DNA of 64,000 nucleotides from Octopus vulgaris (taxonomy: Eukaryota), in the NCBI GenBank assembly GCA_951406725.2, contig OX597817.1, forward strand, positions 113,398,001 to 113,462,000, given 5' to 3'. The position numbers and the translations under genes are program-made. The notes beneath the pieces were generated by a model. The model searched no databases and had not been told where the DNA came from. It saw only the letters and a program-made list of their open reading frames with translations. Shown here piece by piece: positions 27,195 to 40,623 of this stretch (position 1 is the first letter of the stretch; every line of letters begins with the position of its first letter).

Positions 27195-30042
27195 TTCTAA
27201 TGAATTTGCCATATTTTTCTAATCTAGATAAACTTTTGTAGCATGTTCAGTTCAAATATATTTCCTTCTGTTAATTACTTCAAATAATATTGGCGTTAGG
27301 AAGGGCATCCAGCTGTAGAAACTCTGCCAAATCAAGACTGGAACCTGGGGCAGCCATCTGGTTCTCCAGCCCTCAGTCAAAACCGTCCAACCCATGCTAG
27401 CATGGAAAGCGGATGTTAAACGATGATGATGATGAATATGACTAAGATTTGAATTACTGTTAAATCATATAGAGAGGCTTCTGTTGTTGTTAATCCCAGA
27501 CTCAGCTTTTATTGTGTAGACTTACAATCAAAGGCATTCCAAACATGACCACTCCAAATTTTGGGGGGGATTCATATTATTTCATGTTCTTTCCTTATTT
27601 GACCCTTTTGCTGTTGAAATATACTACCTCTCTTTCAATTTATTTTGAAAATAACGAAAAGTTTTGTAAAATAACTTTGTTGTTGTTTTAGGCAGGCTAG
27701 TATCAAAAGGGTTAAGACAGTAGGTATGATTTGAGGGCAATCTGTTTCCATTTCTAGCCAACCAAGTGTCCAGATACAAGCTTCTTGTTAGATCAGAATG
27801 GGTTATGTGGTTAACACTGTTTAAGCACTACTGCAGTATGCTTAAACAAGGAGATAGCTTGAATTGCGTGATGTTGGTATGAGGATGACTTTGTTGACAT
27901 AGTCGTTTTTATTGATTATAATGACTTTGAATAGGTGTTTTCCCCATTTCAAAGGCAACAAAGCTGTTTTGAAAAACTTTTTTTTTCATTTTTGCTTTAT
28001 TTATTTCATTTCTATCTGCTTCAAACAGTTTGATGTAACGATATACCCCACAGCACTTATAGGCGTATCGAATAAATATACTTGTTATTTTTATAAAATT
28101 CTTTACTCAGGTGTGTAAATAGATATACAAGTTTTTCAAAAGCATGCTAAAGCCAATATTTGTTAAAAGTGTATTTAGAAAATTATACTGGTTCTGATGG
28201 GAAATTAAAACTAAAATAAACAAAAATGCTTTTCTCTCACTTTCCACTGGAAAAGAACATAATTTCTGAAATCTTTATTGTTTGTATCAATCCTTATTAT
28301 ACTTTTCAGTTTAAATGGTTCTAACATTTGAGATGGTTTCACTTTGTTAAATAATATATTTTTTAGATCGTATAATGTATAAAAGTTATGCATTTCTACT
28401 CTATTCAAAATAAAATTGTATATGGTGAAGATAACTAAAATAAATACTACTAAATCAAGAAAAATACAAAAATCTGTCTGATCTTAGTATATTTTCAAAA
28501 ACTGAAGCTTTAGATTTTCATTTATATTTTTTATTTGTTTATTATTGAAAGATAAGATTCAGCTTCTTTATACACCATGCTTAAGGTTACCTTTCTAGGG
28601 AAACCATCACTAAATTAAAAATATGGTTTAGAGCAAACTGTTAATATATTAACAGTGTTATAATATATACACCAAGCCTACTGTAAGTGGTTGAGAGTAG
28701 AAGTATTTAGATGTAAATTTAGTTGCTAATTCTTGTTGACAAAGCAACTATGTGGAGGCTTCTGTTCACAGGCAACATGTGAGACAACACAAAATTAAAA
28801 TATCCAAAATTGAAAGGTCACCTGGAAATGCAAGGAGCATAACTGTTGTTACACCAAACCCCTCTCAGGACATGCCATTACATGTAAAATTGCTTCTTAC
28901 TACTTATATACACCTACAACACTATCCCTTCCACCCAGTTCATATTAACATACAAAAAGAAGTATCAACATCAATAGCCTCATAAGTCCCAAACATTATT
29001 TGAAAGCACATCACAAGAGATATAAGTGTAGAAGAAGAGCAACTATTGCATTGCCCAAATTCACTTTGCCCATCTCCAGTGAGGTCACCACAAGAATGTA
29101 GATTACAGAATCAGATAGGACAGTGGAAAAATGCATTGTCTGCATTGTTTTATTGCTCCCATGCCAACAAAAATAAAACACTGTATGCCAGCTTGCATGA
29201 TGTGGATTTTTTTTCTAGTTGTGACATAGTATATCTGGGAAGCTCTGCGTGGTCATATTTAGTCTTGTATATGAGAACTGAATTTGAATTGAAATAACTA
29301 TTCTATGAATTCATATTGATTCAGTTACAAGCATGAATTTGCAGGGTTATAGATGGCCAATTCAATTGGATATTGGTGTTGATGAAATTAATGGCCAGTT
29401 GTTTGTGTTTAATCACCAATATGGGCTTTGAGAAAGATATTTAACTTTCAAACTACTACTTCCATGGTTATTTATTATTTCATTAATTTTAATTACTTTA
29501 GGGTAAAGTAGCCACGCACACTTTCTAAACAATAGGAGGCAGTGTAAACCGTCAGGTTGTTTTGTTTGGACTCATATCTCCTCAAGTTTATTTCTTAAGG
29601 GAAGTACATCCCAATAGTAGGTCTTACCTAAAATGTGACCCACAACCCCAAATTCCATCAATATTATGGAAACTCAGTGTTCAAACATATGCAATGGCAT
29701 TTTCTATTTTAAAATTATTTCTCATCATCTACATGTTTATTATCTCTTTGTATAGTTTTTTTTTTTAAGTCAATTCCAGTCATTGTTGTACCTGGCATTA
29801 TGTGAACAATGAGTCAATTGATCAGTTGTTCACTTACTACAAGGATTCACAACTAAGCATTTTTAAATGTCACATTTTTAATTCAGTCATTGTTCTCTAA
29901 GGTGACTGTTATAGAAAATTAATGTTAGCCTTCTTTATTGATAAGTGTTAGCTAAAATATTTTCTTAAGAGTAAATGTCACGGTGTGTATTTGCCAGTAT
30001 TGATATAATAATTGCCAGTGTTGATATAATAACATTTACTTC

Positions 30043-30764
30043 AGTCCACACAAACACCTTTAAGTAGAATTAGTGTGTAGGTCAGTTATACTGGAATTCA
30101 TGTGAATATATAAATACTTGTTTACCAGTTCCCTCTATAAATAAAGCCATTTTCACACATAATGTGTAAGTAATGTCTTGATGCATTAAAAGGATTTTCT
30201 CACTGCCCTGTGTTCTATCTTGCATGTGTGTTTGTGTGTGTGTGAGAGAACTGAGTCATTGAATAAATGGGACATATATTTTAAGATATTTTATTGGTTT
30301 TTGTCATTGCACTAGCTTTAAATGTTTAGTTAACCATATTGTCTCCTGAAATTCCAGTCCTCTACTTTATCAATCCCATATTGTGAGACTGCTCAGTTAA
30401 AGTACACACAACACCTTCAGATAGAATTAGTATGTAGGTCAGTTATACTGGAATTCATGTGAATATATAAATACTTGTTTATCAGTCCCCTCTATATATA
30501 AAGCCATTTTCACATATATTGTGTAATGTCTTGATGCATTAAAAGGATTTACTCACTGCCCTTTGTTCTATCTTGCATGTGTCTGTGTGTTTGTGAGAGA
30601 ACTGAGTCATTGAATAAATGAGACATATATTTTAAGATATATATATTTTATTGGTTTTTGTCATTGCACTAGCTTTAAATGTTTAGTTAACCATATTGTC
30701 TCCTGAAATTCCAGTCCTGTACTTTTATCAACCCCATATTGTGAAACTGCTCAGTTAAAGTACA
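30043..30764 (+). repeat. ~360-bp tandem duplication
   Basis: tagaattagt(g/a)tgtaggtcagttatactgg...ctgctcagttaaagtaca occurs twice. Confidence 0.93.
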
Positions 30765-31524
30765 TAAAGGAAAACTAACATAAGCAAATCGCACACGCAC
30801 ACATACAGTGGGCATTTAAATAGCTTCCATCTATGAAATTCCACTTAGAAGGTATTGCTCAACCTGAAGCTATAGTCAAACCCAGAATCAGGTTCTTCTG
30901 AAGCAGACTTCATGGCTACACAGCTATGCTCTCTCTCACACACACACACACGTGCGTATGCGCAGGCATGTTGGTTAGTGTGGTCATGGCTATGTGGTTA
31001 AGAAGTTTTCTTCCCAACTACATGGTTTCAGGTTCAGTCCCACTGTGTGGCACCTTGAGTAAGTATCTTCTACTGAAGTTTTTGGGCCAACCAAAGCTCC
31101 ATGAATGGATTTGGTAGGCAGAAACTGAAAGATGCCTGGTGTGTGTGCATGCGTGTGAATATATAAATATCACAGTATCGACCAGACTATTGGATGTTGC
31201 TATACATCGCTAGTCACAGTGCGCTTTACATTATTTTAGCTTTTGAATAATGTCACCTTGCTGGTTGGGCGAGCAGCCCAACATTCCCCCTTGATCTGAA
31301 GGCTATTCCATCGCAGAGTTACCCATTTACAGTGTTTTGCTCTGGAGCACAGCACACTGCCAAGTTCAGGAATCAAACCCACAGTCTAGTGATCGTGAGT
31401 GTAACACCCTAACCACTAGGCCAAAGGACAAATGATATAGGAAGGGGCTCAAAAAGACATACCTTTTACATCTATCTAATCTGAATCTAATAATATATAT
31501 TCAGTGGGGGTAAAAAAAAAAAAT

Positions 31525-32051
31525 GGAATTCTGGTTTAAGCACCCCATAAAACCCCTCACGGCTTTTTTATTTTTTAGAATTTTCAAAAAATTTTTGCGA
31601 ATTTGTGTTCTACACGCGGGAATTCATACGATTATGAAAAAAAAATTTTTTAACCACTCCCCCTCCTACCATAAACCTTAAAAGTTCCGCTCTTTTTTGA
31701 ATACCTGTTTTTTTAATCAGAGGTTAAAATACAGAGAGTCCAAATTTTTTGCTTAGATCCCAGCAATGGGCCATTCTTGAGTGCATTATCCGTCCATTAA
31801 ATGTGTTTATAGGGAGAAAAATATTGGAAAATATTAATGCATGTCAGTGACAAAGAAACGAGGAGGGTGTCAGGTGGTTATGAGATGTGCTAAAAGTAAC
31901 AGCAATATGGCCTTTAAATCACACTTTTTTTTTTTTACATAATTGTATCAATTTCTGTGTGTAGAACACAAATTCACAAAAGTTTTGTGAAAATTACTAA
32001 AAATAAAAGAAATTATGAAAGTTATGTGGGTGATGCTTAAACCAGAATTCC
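31525..32051. mobile_element. MITE with ~120-bp imperfect TIRs
   Basis: ggaattctggtttaagca... / ...tgcttaaaccagaattcc. Confidence 0.8.
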
Positions 32052-32241
32052 GCCAAAAAGAAAAATCATTGATTTTGACAATTTCATTGTTGTCATTAGC
32101 AATTCTTAACTTACTTTGTAAATTGTTATTTAATTTTAACTTTAACTCTAAAAAATTACATAGTTAAAAGCATAGCTTTCTTTGGGGTGCAAAGCATTCA
32201 AATTAACCTTGTCTTTGCATTTCGATGACAATTGTTTTCTA

Positions 32242-32893
32242 TCATATCTATAAAAGGGAGGATGTGTGTGTACGTGATTGTAATTTATGCACGTCCACAA
32301 ATTAGCGCGTATGTCGCTCAAATTTTAGGAGGACATGTGTCAACACCCTATCTGGGTTTTGTCAACTTATTTTTTTCCCGAGGCACCCGCGGATAGGGTA
32401 AAAATCTATTTTCAACCATTTTTAACCATAACAAATATCAGCCATTGCGTTTTTGATGGCGTCTAACAAAAAAAAAAGTAAGATAAAGAAAAGTGGAAGA
32501 AAGAGACAGAGAGTTTCATGGGAAAGACAAAGTGAGAAAGAGAGAGAGAAAGTGACTACGTTCATAAAAAAATAAAATGTAAAATGTTTTGTTTTTTGTT
32601 TTTGAAAGGCACACTATATTTTATAATCATAATTACAATATATTTATTTTAAATCGTTCATCTTTCTCCCCCCCCCTCTCTCTCTCACACATTACTTTGG
32701 GTGCGAAAGAGTTTTGTTTTTATTTTACGCCGAGTAAAAAAGTGTTTTGTTGAGAAATATATATAATATAACTAATTTCAACGGATTTCGCCCAAATTTG
32801 ACGTCTATATTACTTAGTTTGGTTTGAAATAAAGAACTTGATTAGCTTAATAATCGTAACTTAATCCCGGGCAAGGCCGGGTTATACTGCTAG
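32242..32893 (+). mobile_element. Non-autonomous Helitron
   Basis: 5' TC..tctataaaa; 3' hairpin cccgggcaaggccggg then CTAG|T. Confidence 0.75.
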
Positions 32894-33885
32894 TAAATGA
32901 TATGGAAACCAACGTGTAGTTTCTATGGGAAAACTCGTGGGAAGTACTTAGTTTGCGGCCGAAATTTCGCCCAAATATAAATCTGAAATGGTTTACTGAT
33001 GAAGTACTCGAAAATATAATTTAAGTTGATTGTCTATGAATTAGTAAAGTTCATAGATAATCTATTAATATTTAATTGCCTTTAGTACTTTAATTACTTG
33101 TCAAACAAGTACATGTAAACTTAATAGTAATTTTATAAATAATTAATTTTAGTAATGAATTTATAAAATCAGAGAGAAATTTATGCTTGCATTATAAAAT
33201 TAGAGAGACATTTATACAAATGCTTTCCCCAACAGATTGTTAAAATACTTGTAAAATTCTACCTCTGGTATTAAAAATGTTCCGCTTGGTCAAATTCACC
33301 TCAAATTACATCCTTAGACCAACGGTCCTCAACCTTTCTCCCACCACGCACCAGTGGGGTCACATAACAAAACAATAAAATGCATAATATATAATCTAAT
33401 TATTACATATATATTACATGTTTTGCAAAAACACCTTACAGACTGCGATAGTTAATAAAAAAATAAAGGGAAAAAAATACTTGTTCTTTCTGTACGACCC
33501 GGAGGTTTGGGACCTCTGAGCTGGCAGAAACGTTAGCACGCCGGGCGAAATGCGTAGCCGTATTTCGTTTGCCGTTATGTTCTGAGTTCAAATTCCGCCG
33601 AGGTCGACTTTGCCTTTCATCCTTTTGGGGTCGATAAACTAAGTACTAGTTACGCACTGGGGTCGATGTAATCGACTTAATCCATTTGTCTGTACTTGTT
33701 TGTCCCCTCTATGTTTAGCCCCTTGTGGGCAATAAAGAAATATGAATTAGACACAGTGATAGTGGGGGAAGGGATCGTCACAACTGGAATACTTTTGATC
33801 ATAGGGCAGCTGGTTGAAAGCTGACCTATGGCTAAACAACAAAAGTGGTGTTTACAAAACTATTTATTGCAATATATATATGGTA

Positions 33886-34062
33886 CTATTTAAGAAGTGT
33901 GGTCCCGGTGCGCGCACCTGCGCAAGCTAGTCGTGACTAGTCGATCCTTCAACGACTACCTAGCAAAGTAAATAAAACACAAAAACACGAAGGATCGACT
34001 AGTCACGACTAGCTAGCACGGATGCGCAAGTACCCGAGACCGGGACCGCTCTTCTTAAATAG
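33886..34062. mobile_element. Small fold-back MITE with TA flanks
   Basis: TIR ctatttaagaag..ggtcccggt / accgggacc..cttcttaaatag; perfect inner 25-bp arms 33926-33950 and 33989-34013. Confidence 0.85.
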
Positions 34063-35099
34063 TATATATATATATATATATATATATATAATGTGTATAT
34101 ATATATATATATATGTGTATATATATATATATAATGTGTATGTGTGTATATTTATAACTTAAATTGTTGATTATATTACACTGACAAACAGAAGATATAT
34201 AGGAGGCCCAAGAAGAAACCTAATGAATTTGCCAATCCATATATGCACGGAGAGGAGAGGAATTAGCACTTATTTCTTTTCTTTGATTGTCACTTTTTCG
34301 CGGTTGCAGACATGCGTAACAAAAAGTCGCTATAAATTATCAGTGGACGAATTCTTGCTTATTTTAGCGTTACTATTGAGAGTTAGCGGTATAGCCTTTA
34401 TATTTAAATATTGTATTCCAGTACCTTCTGGTATTAAGGAATATAACAGAATACTTTCAACATGTGATCCAATAAAGAAGTCTTGTACACGGCTTCTAGA
34501 AACTGCAGCCAAATTTCGGAATTCCCCTTAAACCACAATCTACTGTCTTAAAAACGATTTATACCCGAAACTGCATTTGATAATGCACTATTATGTACAT
34601 GAAGTCTGGTGGTGGTGGGGTGTGTACTGATATTCGTAACTGGAACGCTTTTGATCACAGGTCTATTCAATCGTGGTTGACTTGGAGCTAAACAAACAAC
34701 AAACTTTTCTGGAGATTTTCGGTGAAATCTTACTAATTTTTATAATTAATTATAAAGGGGTAATCATGGGTAAATATGCAGTTATGCAGATTTATTTAAT
34801 CATTTAGTTAATTTATTCCTTTTTACTTTGTTTTAGTTTGAACTGAAGGTTTGAAATCTTTTAAGAAAAAGAATTATTAGGAAAATATTTTAGCAACTTT
34901 GCAACAATTTATAGGTACCTAAATGTTTTCACCATTTAATGCAGTTAGTTTCTAATATAATAAACACAACTATCGTTTTTCCTCGCACGAACCCAAAATA
35001 TTTCCCATTTCTCTGACATGCTTCTTTTTTTTTTTTTTTATGAGAAAGTATTAAAAATAAAACAAAAATGGTAAGAAAAATGCTTCGAAGCAAACTTAC

Positions 35100-35280
35100 G
35101 TAATTTACTTCTTTTTGACTCCTGCGAACTTTCCTTTCGGGGTTGTTTGTATGAAGTTAAGAAAAAGAAGAAAAAACAGTGGGAGAAGGGCGACAGAAGT
35201 ATAACACTGCTAAAAATGCGTTTATCCCTCTGCTCAAAGAGTCCGTGTGACTTTCTAGCGGAAAGCTACTCATCTGCTAC
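35100..35280 (-). other. Candidate non-coding 5' UTR exon, possibly of the TMEM121-like gene
   Basis: - strand gttttcacag| acceptor and |gtaagt donor bracket 181 nt of unique sequence inside the CpG-retaining domain. Confidence 0.35.
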
Positions 35281-36125
35281 CTGTGAAAACAGCATCACTG
35301 TCTATATACAGTCCTTCTTAATTTATGTCTTGGTTGGTTCACGCAACTAGGTCACCAGAACAAAGGTTAAAATTGAAACCAGTTACATTTTCAAAGTATG
35401 TGCTTTCATTTAATGTTAAGTTTGTTCAGGCCTTGTGCCTATGCAAAAAAAAAAAAAAAAATCAATAAAACGTGAAGTGAAAAATGTATTGTAGTTAGTC
35501 AGTAGAAAATGTATTGTAGTTAGTTAATGCAGCGTGGTTGAATGATTAAGAAGCTCCGGTTTTCAATCACTAGGCTTCAGGTTCGATCCTACCGTGAAGT
35601 CTTGGGCAAGTATCTTTAGCGCAGACTTTGTGAATGAAATTGGGTAGACAGAAACTGTCAAAAGTAATCTAAAGGTGCGATCTTATCGCTCACTGCTATT
35701 TTGTTTCTGCTCAAGAGTTACGTTAAGGGTACACGTCCCGGTAAAATACTCAACTTTTTACGTGCAATTTTAATAAGTGTGTAGTTTAGTTGATCGAACA
35801 ATTGAACGCTCACTATCATAATATACGGTTGTGTGTGAGAGAGGGGAACAGTTTTTTGTTTTGATTTTTCGTAATATCTTTTTCTTTGTCCTTCGCCTAT
35901 GAGAAATTGTCCTTTATTCGTCGGGGGAAAATCGCGGGGAAAATTTAATCGACACCAGTATGATTTTATTGGCAGAATCGTTAGCGCCCTGGACGAAATG
36001 CTTAGCGATATTTCGCTCGTGGTTACATTTTGAGTTCGAATTTGCCTCTCATCCTTTCGGAGTCGATATAATCGATTAGCCACCTCCCCCGAGATGTCAT
36101 GCTTTGTGCCTATAGTAGAAAGGAT

Positions 36126-36616
36126 GGTTAATATCTAGATCCGCACCCGGTGGGAAAAATGGAAACGAAAATGTGTAACAGTTGTAAGGCATCGTATATT
36201 GACGGAATAAGACGGGAAAAAAGCGCGCTGACAAACGGGGGGGGGGCTCGGGAAATTCCCAGGATCAACCGTAGAGGCAAAAATGGAAAAAAATATGTGT
36301 AACAGGTGTTTAAACGCATTTCACACACATAGCCCAATGTCATAATTCAAAACTAACGCAGCGAAAATTTTGAAAAGTTCCCCCAGTTCTGAAAAAAATC
36401 GATAAATTCGACATGGGGTCGAGAATCAGGAACACAATGGTGAAAATTGATGGTAAATTTTTCTTTAAATCGTAGGCAATTTTCCGAGCCCCCTCCCCCC
36501 CCCCCGTTTGTCAGCGCGCTTTTTTTTCGTCATATTCCTTCAATATACGATGCCTTACAACTGTTACACATTTTCGTTTCCATTTTTCCCACCGGGTGCG
36601 GATCTAGATATTAACC
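36126..36616. mobile_element. MITE with ~130-bp TIRs and 8-bp TSD (Merlin- or MULE-like)
   Basis: ggttaatatctagatccgcacccggtggg... / ...cccaccgggtgcggatctagatattaacc; TSD gaaaggat at 36118 and 36617. Confidence 0.9.
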
Positions 36617-36624
36617 GAAAGGAT

Positions 36625-36972
36625 TATTACCTCCGTTTTAGCAAATGCGGAGGTATTGTTTTTCAGTCGCGTTTGTTTGTCCATGTACAATATATCTCAA
36701 GAACCACTGGATGGATTCGGATGAAACTTTCAGGGATGTTTGGCATCGTGACTGGCACGAACTGGTTAGATTTGGGGATCGATCCGGTACCGGAGAAGGA
36801 TTCTGGATTTTTTTTTTTTTTTAAACTTAATTCTGAGCGGTCGGGTTCATTTTTAGTATTCTCGTTTGTGAGAGCAGTCGAGTTTATTTCAGATATTCTC
36901 ATTTTTAAAATCATCTCTGGCTAATCGTTGAGACGTTGGTGTTGCCTTGGCGGTGGTTTGTGCTCACTGAGT
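36625..36972 (+). mobile_element. HINE-like element, same family as 3558-3915
   Basis: Colinear homology; inserted in a SINE TTA tail. Confidence 0.65.
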
Positions 36973-36988
36973 GTTGTTGTTGTTGTTG

Positions 36989-37031
<43 letters not shown>

Positions 37032-37160
37032 GTGTGTGGCATCTCAGCTTTCTGCCCTCTACTGCTACAAATAGTTTTGATCCTCTTAATACTTTCCTCT
37101 TTGGCTAATCCCTCAACTTTTTCAAGTTCCACTTGAAAAGTAATTGTAGAGAAGAAAATA

Positions 37161-37562
37161 CGGATCTTTTCGGTTTGAACGGCAGTTTTTTCTTGCGGTG
37201 TCATATGAAATTGTCACCCATAATTATGACCCTAGTATCGATCTATTGCATTTCAATCTATTTTAGGGTTAGGGGTGGAGAAAGGTATCTTTTTTTCTTC
37301 TGAAATGTAAATAAACCCAATCTGTTTCTTAAACGAGGGACATATTCATACGGCACAGAATGTTTCTTACCTCAATACACGTAATTGATTGGTTGAAATT
37401 GAAGAAAAACAACAACAAATATCTTACAAACCATAGAATTTTCTCAATAAAGCCAAGAGAAAAAGATGTTTTATAAACACATTCTACCAGTATGCGAAGT
37501 TTAAAATTTTTTAGTTACCTAGAAATTATGTTAAAAACTGCCTTTCAAACCGAAAAGATCCA
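37161..37562. mobile_element. MITE with ~30-bp TIRs and TA TSD
   Basis: cggatcttttcggtttgaacggcagttttt / aaaaactgcctttcaaaccgaaaagatcc. Confidence 0.85.
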
Positions 37563-37569
37563 TATATAT

Positions 37570-38058
37570 ATATAAAAAAAAAAAAAGAAGATAAATGCGC
37601 CTCGCTGTAAATCGAACCATCGCACATTTCTTCAGTGTACTTTTGCGTAATTACGTTTAAAATTTTTTTCTGTGTATGTTTCGTAAGATTGCCGTTTTGT
37701 ACTTGACGACCATTCAGTGATGGTGGTGGCATGCATATTAGATATTGGATGACTTTGCTGTGGTAATAACCATCTGTTTACGAAGAGAAAGTAGTCGACC
37801 TCTTGAAAAACAAGAAACAAAAAAAAAAACATAAGCTTTCAATTTATTTTCATTGTATCGTGTTACATTTATTTTATAGTCGCGTGCGAGTGTTTGAAAG
37901 AGAAACGTAGGAGGGAAATAAGTAAACGTACTGGAAAAGGAGCGTTTTCTTACAATCCACGTCACTTAGTTTCTTCGATTTCTTTTTACTGCAAAACCTG
38001 TCGTGTTTTGTTTAGACACGCGGGCGCTAGCGCGCAAGCACGCACGCACACTCACTCA

Positions 38059-38097
<39 letters not shown>

Positions 38098-38100
38098 GGT
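37570..38100. promoter_or_regulatory. CpG-rich unique sequence, putative promoter
   Basis: Dense CpG/CGCG (cacgcgggcgctagcgcgc, gtcgcgtgcg) in an otherwise CpG-depleted window. Confidence 0.4.
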
Positions 38101-38183
38101 AAGTGTTGTGTGTGTGTGTGTGTGTAAATATACTCATATGGTCACCCCGACCTGCTAGAAATATCAGCCAAATCTTTAAAATA

Positions 38184-38444
38184 CAGTAATTCCTCGACTA
38201 TCGCGGGTGTTACGTTCGAAAACAATAGGTGAAAATCCGCGAAGTAGAAACAGTACTGTACTGTATGTCTTTTTTTATTATTTTTATAATTTGAATTTAT
38301 TTTATTAATTTTTAGGCGTGAAAATGCTTTATTTTGCCACAAATAATTAAAATCTAAACAAAAATATTAATACCTATTGGCCACAGAAACCCGCGATGTA
38401 CTGAGGGCGCAATAGGTGAACGGCGCTATGGCGAGTGATTTCTG
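38184..38444. mobile_element. pogo/Tigger-like MITE
   Basis: TA|CAGT...CTG|TA termini with imperfect TIRs; interrupts another dispersed repeat. Confidence 0.7.
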
Positions 38445-39562
38445 TACACCCAACCGTGCCTTAAAAAAAAAGATGGAAGAGGTTATGCATTGAATGCTGT
38501 ATATCGAAAGATAGTCGAATTGAAATGCCTTTTATCATAGATCTCGATCAGGGCTGATTTGAGGTCAAACGATAAAGTGTAATTCGAATTTTGTTGTTCT
38601 TATTATATTAATATACAGAGGTAAAACCTGAGATGTTTCTAACCTGTAGAGCAAGACTTTATAAGTCGAATATAATGCTATAGTATAAATGACTATGCTA
38701 AGATTACAATGAATAATGATGGAAGTATACACTGTATATATATAGAAGTGACAGTTTTGATAACGTTGGTGGGGAACATCTAAATTTGATACTGAAATAA
38801 CTAAGCCACATGTTCTTGGATGAATATTTATTATCTTGTTTTATTGCTAAGACTCATGTGATTGTGGTTTATTGCTATTGTTTATTTTTCTTTTGCGGGG
38901 TATGGGTTTAATCGAAGGGGTTAAACAGTAAAGTGGAAGAAACCATTGCTGGGTTATCATAATAAGGCTGGAAATGTGATCAAAATGCTCACAGCAGAAA
39001 GCACTCTCCTAACCCTTTTGCATTTAAACCAGACAAATCTGGCCCAAATATTCCATCTGGTTCATGTTCAAACTAGCCACATCCAGCTTCTCATATCTAC
39101 TGTACAATGTCATTTTAAAAAGTACATAAACAATCGGATCATTAAGGTCTTGAAGCTACATGATTAATTGAAAACAATGTGAATAAATAAGCATCACATT
39201 TGACTGAGTAATTTTAATGCTAAATGGTTAAGACACCTAAAGATGGCAGATTGGCATTTGTTTAAAGTATTGGATAGAGTATCCCATATCTCATAATATA
39301 TATTCTGACTCTCTATGTTCTGAGTTCAGATCACACTGAAATCAGTTTTGCCTTTCATCCTTTTGGGTTGATTCAAAGAAGTAACAGTTCAAGGCACTGG
39401 ATTGTCAGAACTGTTAGAGAGTCTAGCAAGATGTCTTGTGATATTTGTTCAGGCTCTTTGCAGTCTGACAACAGCAACACTTGTGAGAATACTGGTTGCC
39501 ATGCTGTATCAACACAAGTCAACAGCCTTTTCCTTTGGTAAATTCAATGAAGGGGTATGGGA

Positions 39563-39836
39563 CGTTTTAACACATCTGTTTTAGCTGTGTATATGTATAT
39601 ATATCTATGCATATGTGTGTGTGTGTGTATATGTAACAAAGTGAAGTTGTAAGGTACCGCACGAGTGGAATTATATATGAAAGAAGGTTTGAAAATGCAA
39701 ATTTCAAAGATGTTTATTCACTTGATCAGTTTCACTTTTTTAGAAGCAGATTGTCAAAAGTAACATGTAAAAGCTTAACAAAGCTTTTACGTGTTACTTT
39801 TGACAATCTTTAAAATTGCATTTTCAAATCCTCTTT

Positions 39837-39903
<67 letters not shown>

Positions 39904-40566
39904 ATGTATGTATATGTATGTATATAAATGTATATATATATGTATGTGTATATATGTATGAGTATATGTGTATGTATGTATACATGTATGTATATATATA
40001 TGTATGAGTATATATGTATGTATACATGTATGTATATATATATGTATGTATGTATGTATATATATATATGTATGTATATATATATATGTATGTATATATA
40101 TCTATGTATAAATATATGTATATATATATGTATATATATATATATGTATATATATATGTATATATATATATGTATAAATATATGTATATATATATGTATA
40201 TATATATGTATATATATATATATGTATATATATATGTATATATATATGTATATATATATGTATATATAAATATATGTATATATATATGTATATATATATA
40301 TGTATAAATATATGTATATATATATATATATGTATATACATATATATGTATATGGCGTTAGGAAGGGCATCCAGCCGTAGAAACACTGCCAGATCTGACT
40401 GGGCCTGATGAAGCCTTCCAGCTTCACAGACCCCAGTTGAACCGTCCAACCCATGCTAGCATGGAAAACGGACGCTAAATGATGATGATATATGTATATA
40501 TATATGTATATATATATATGTATGTATATATATATATATGTATGTATATATATATATGTATGTATA

Positions 40567-40623
<57 letters not shown>

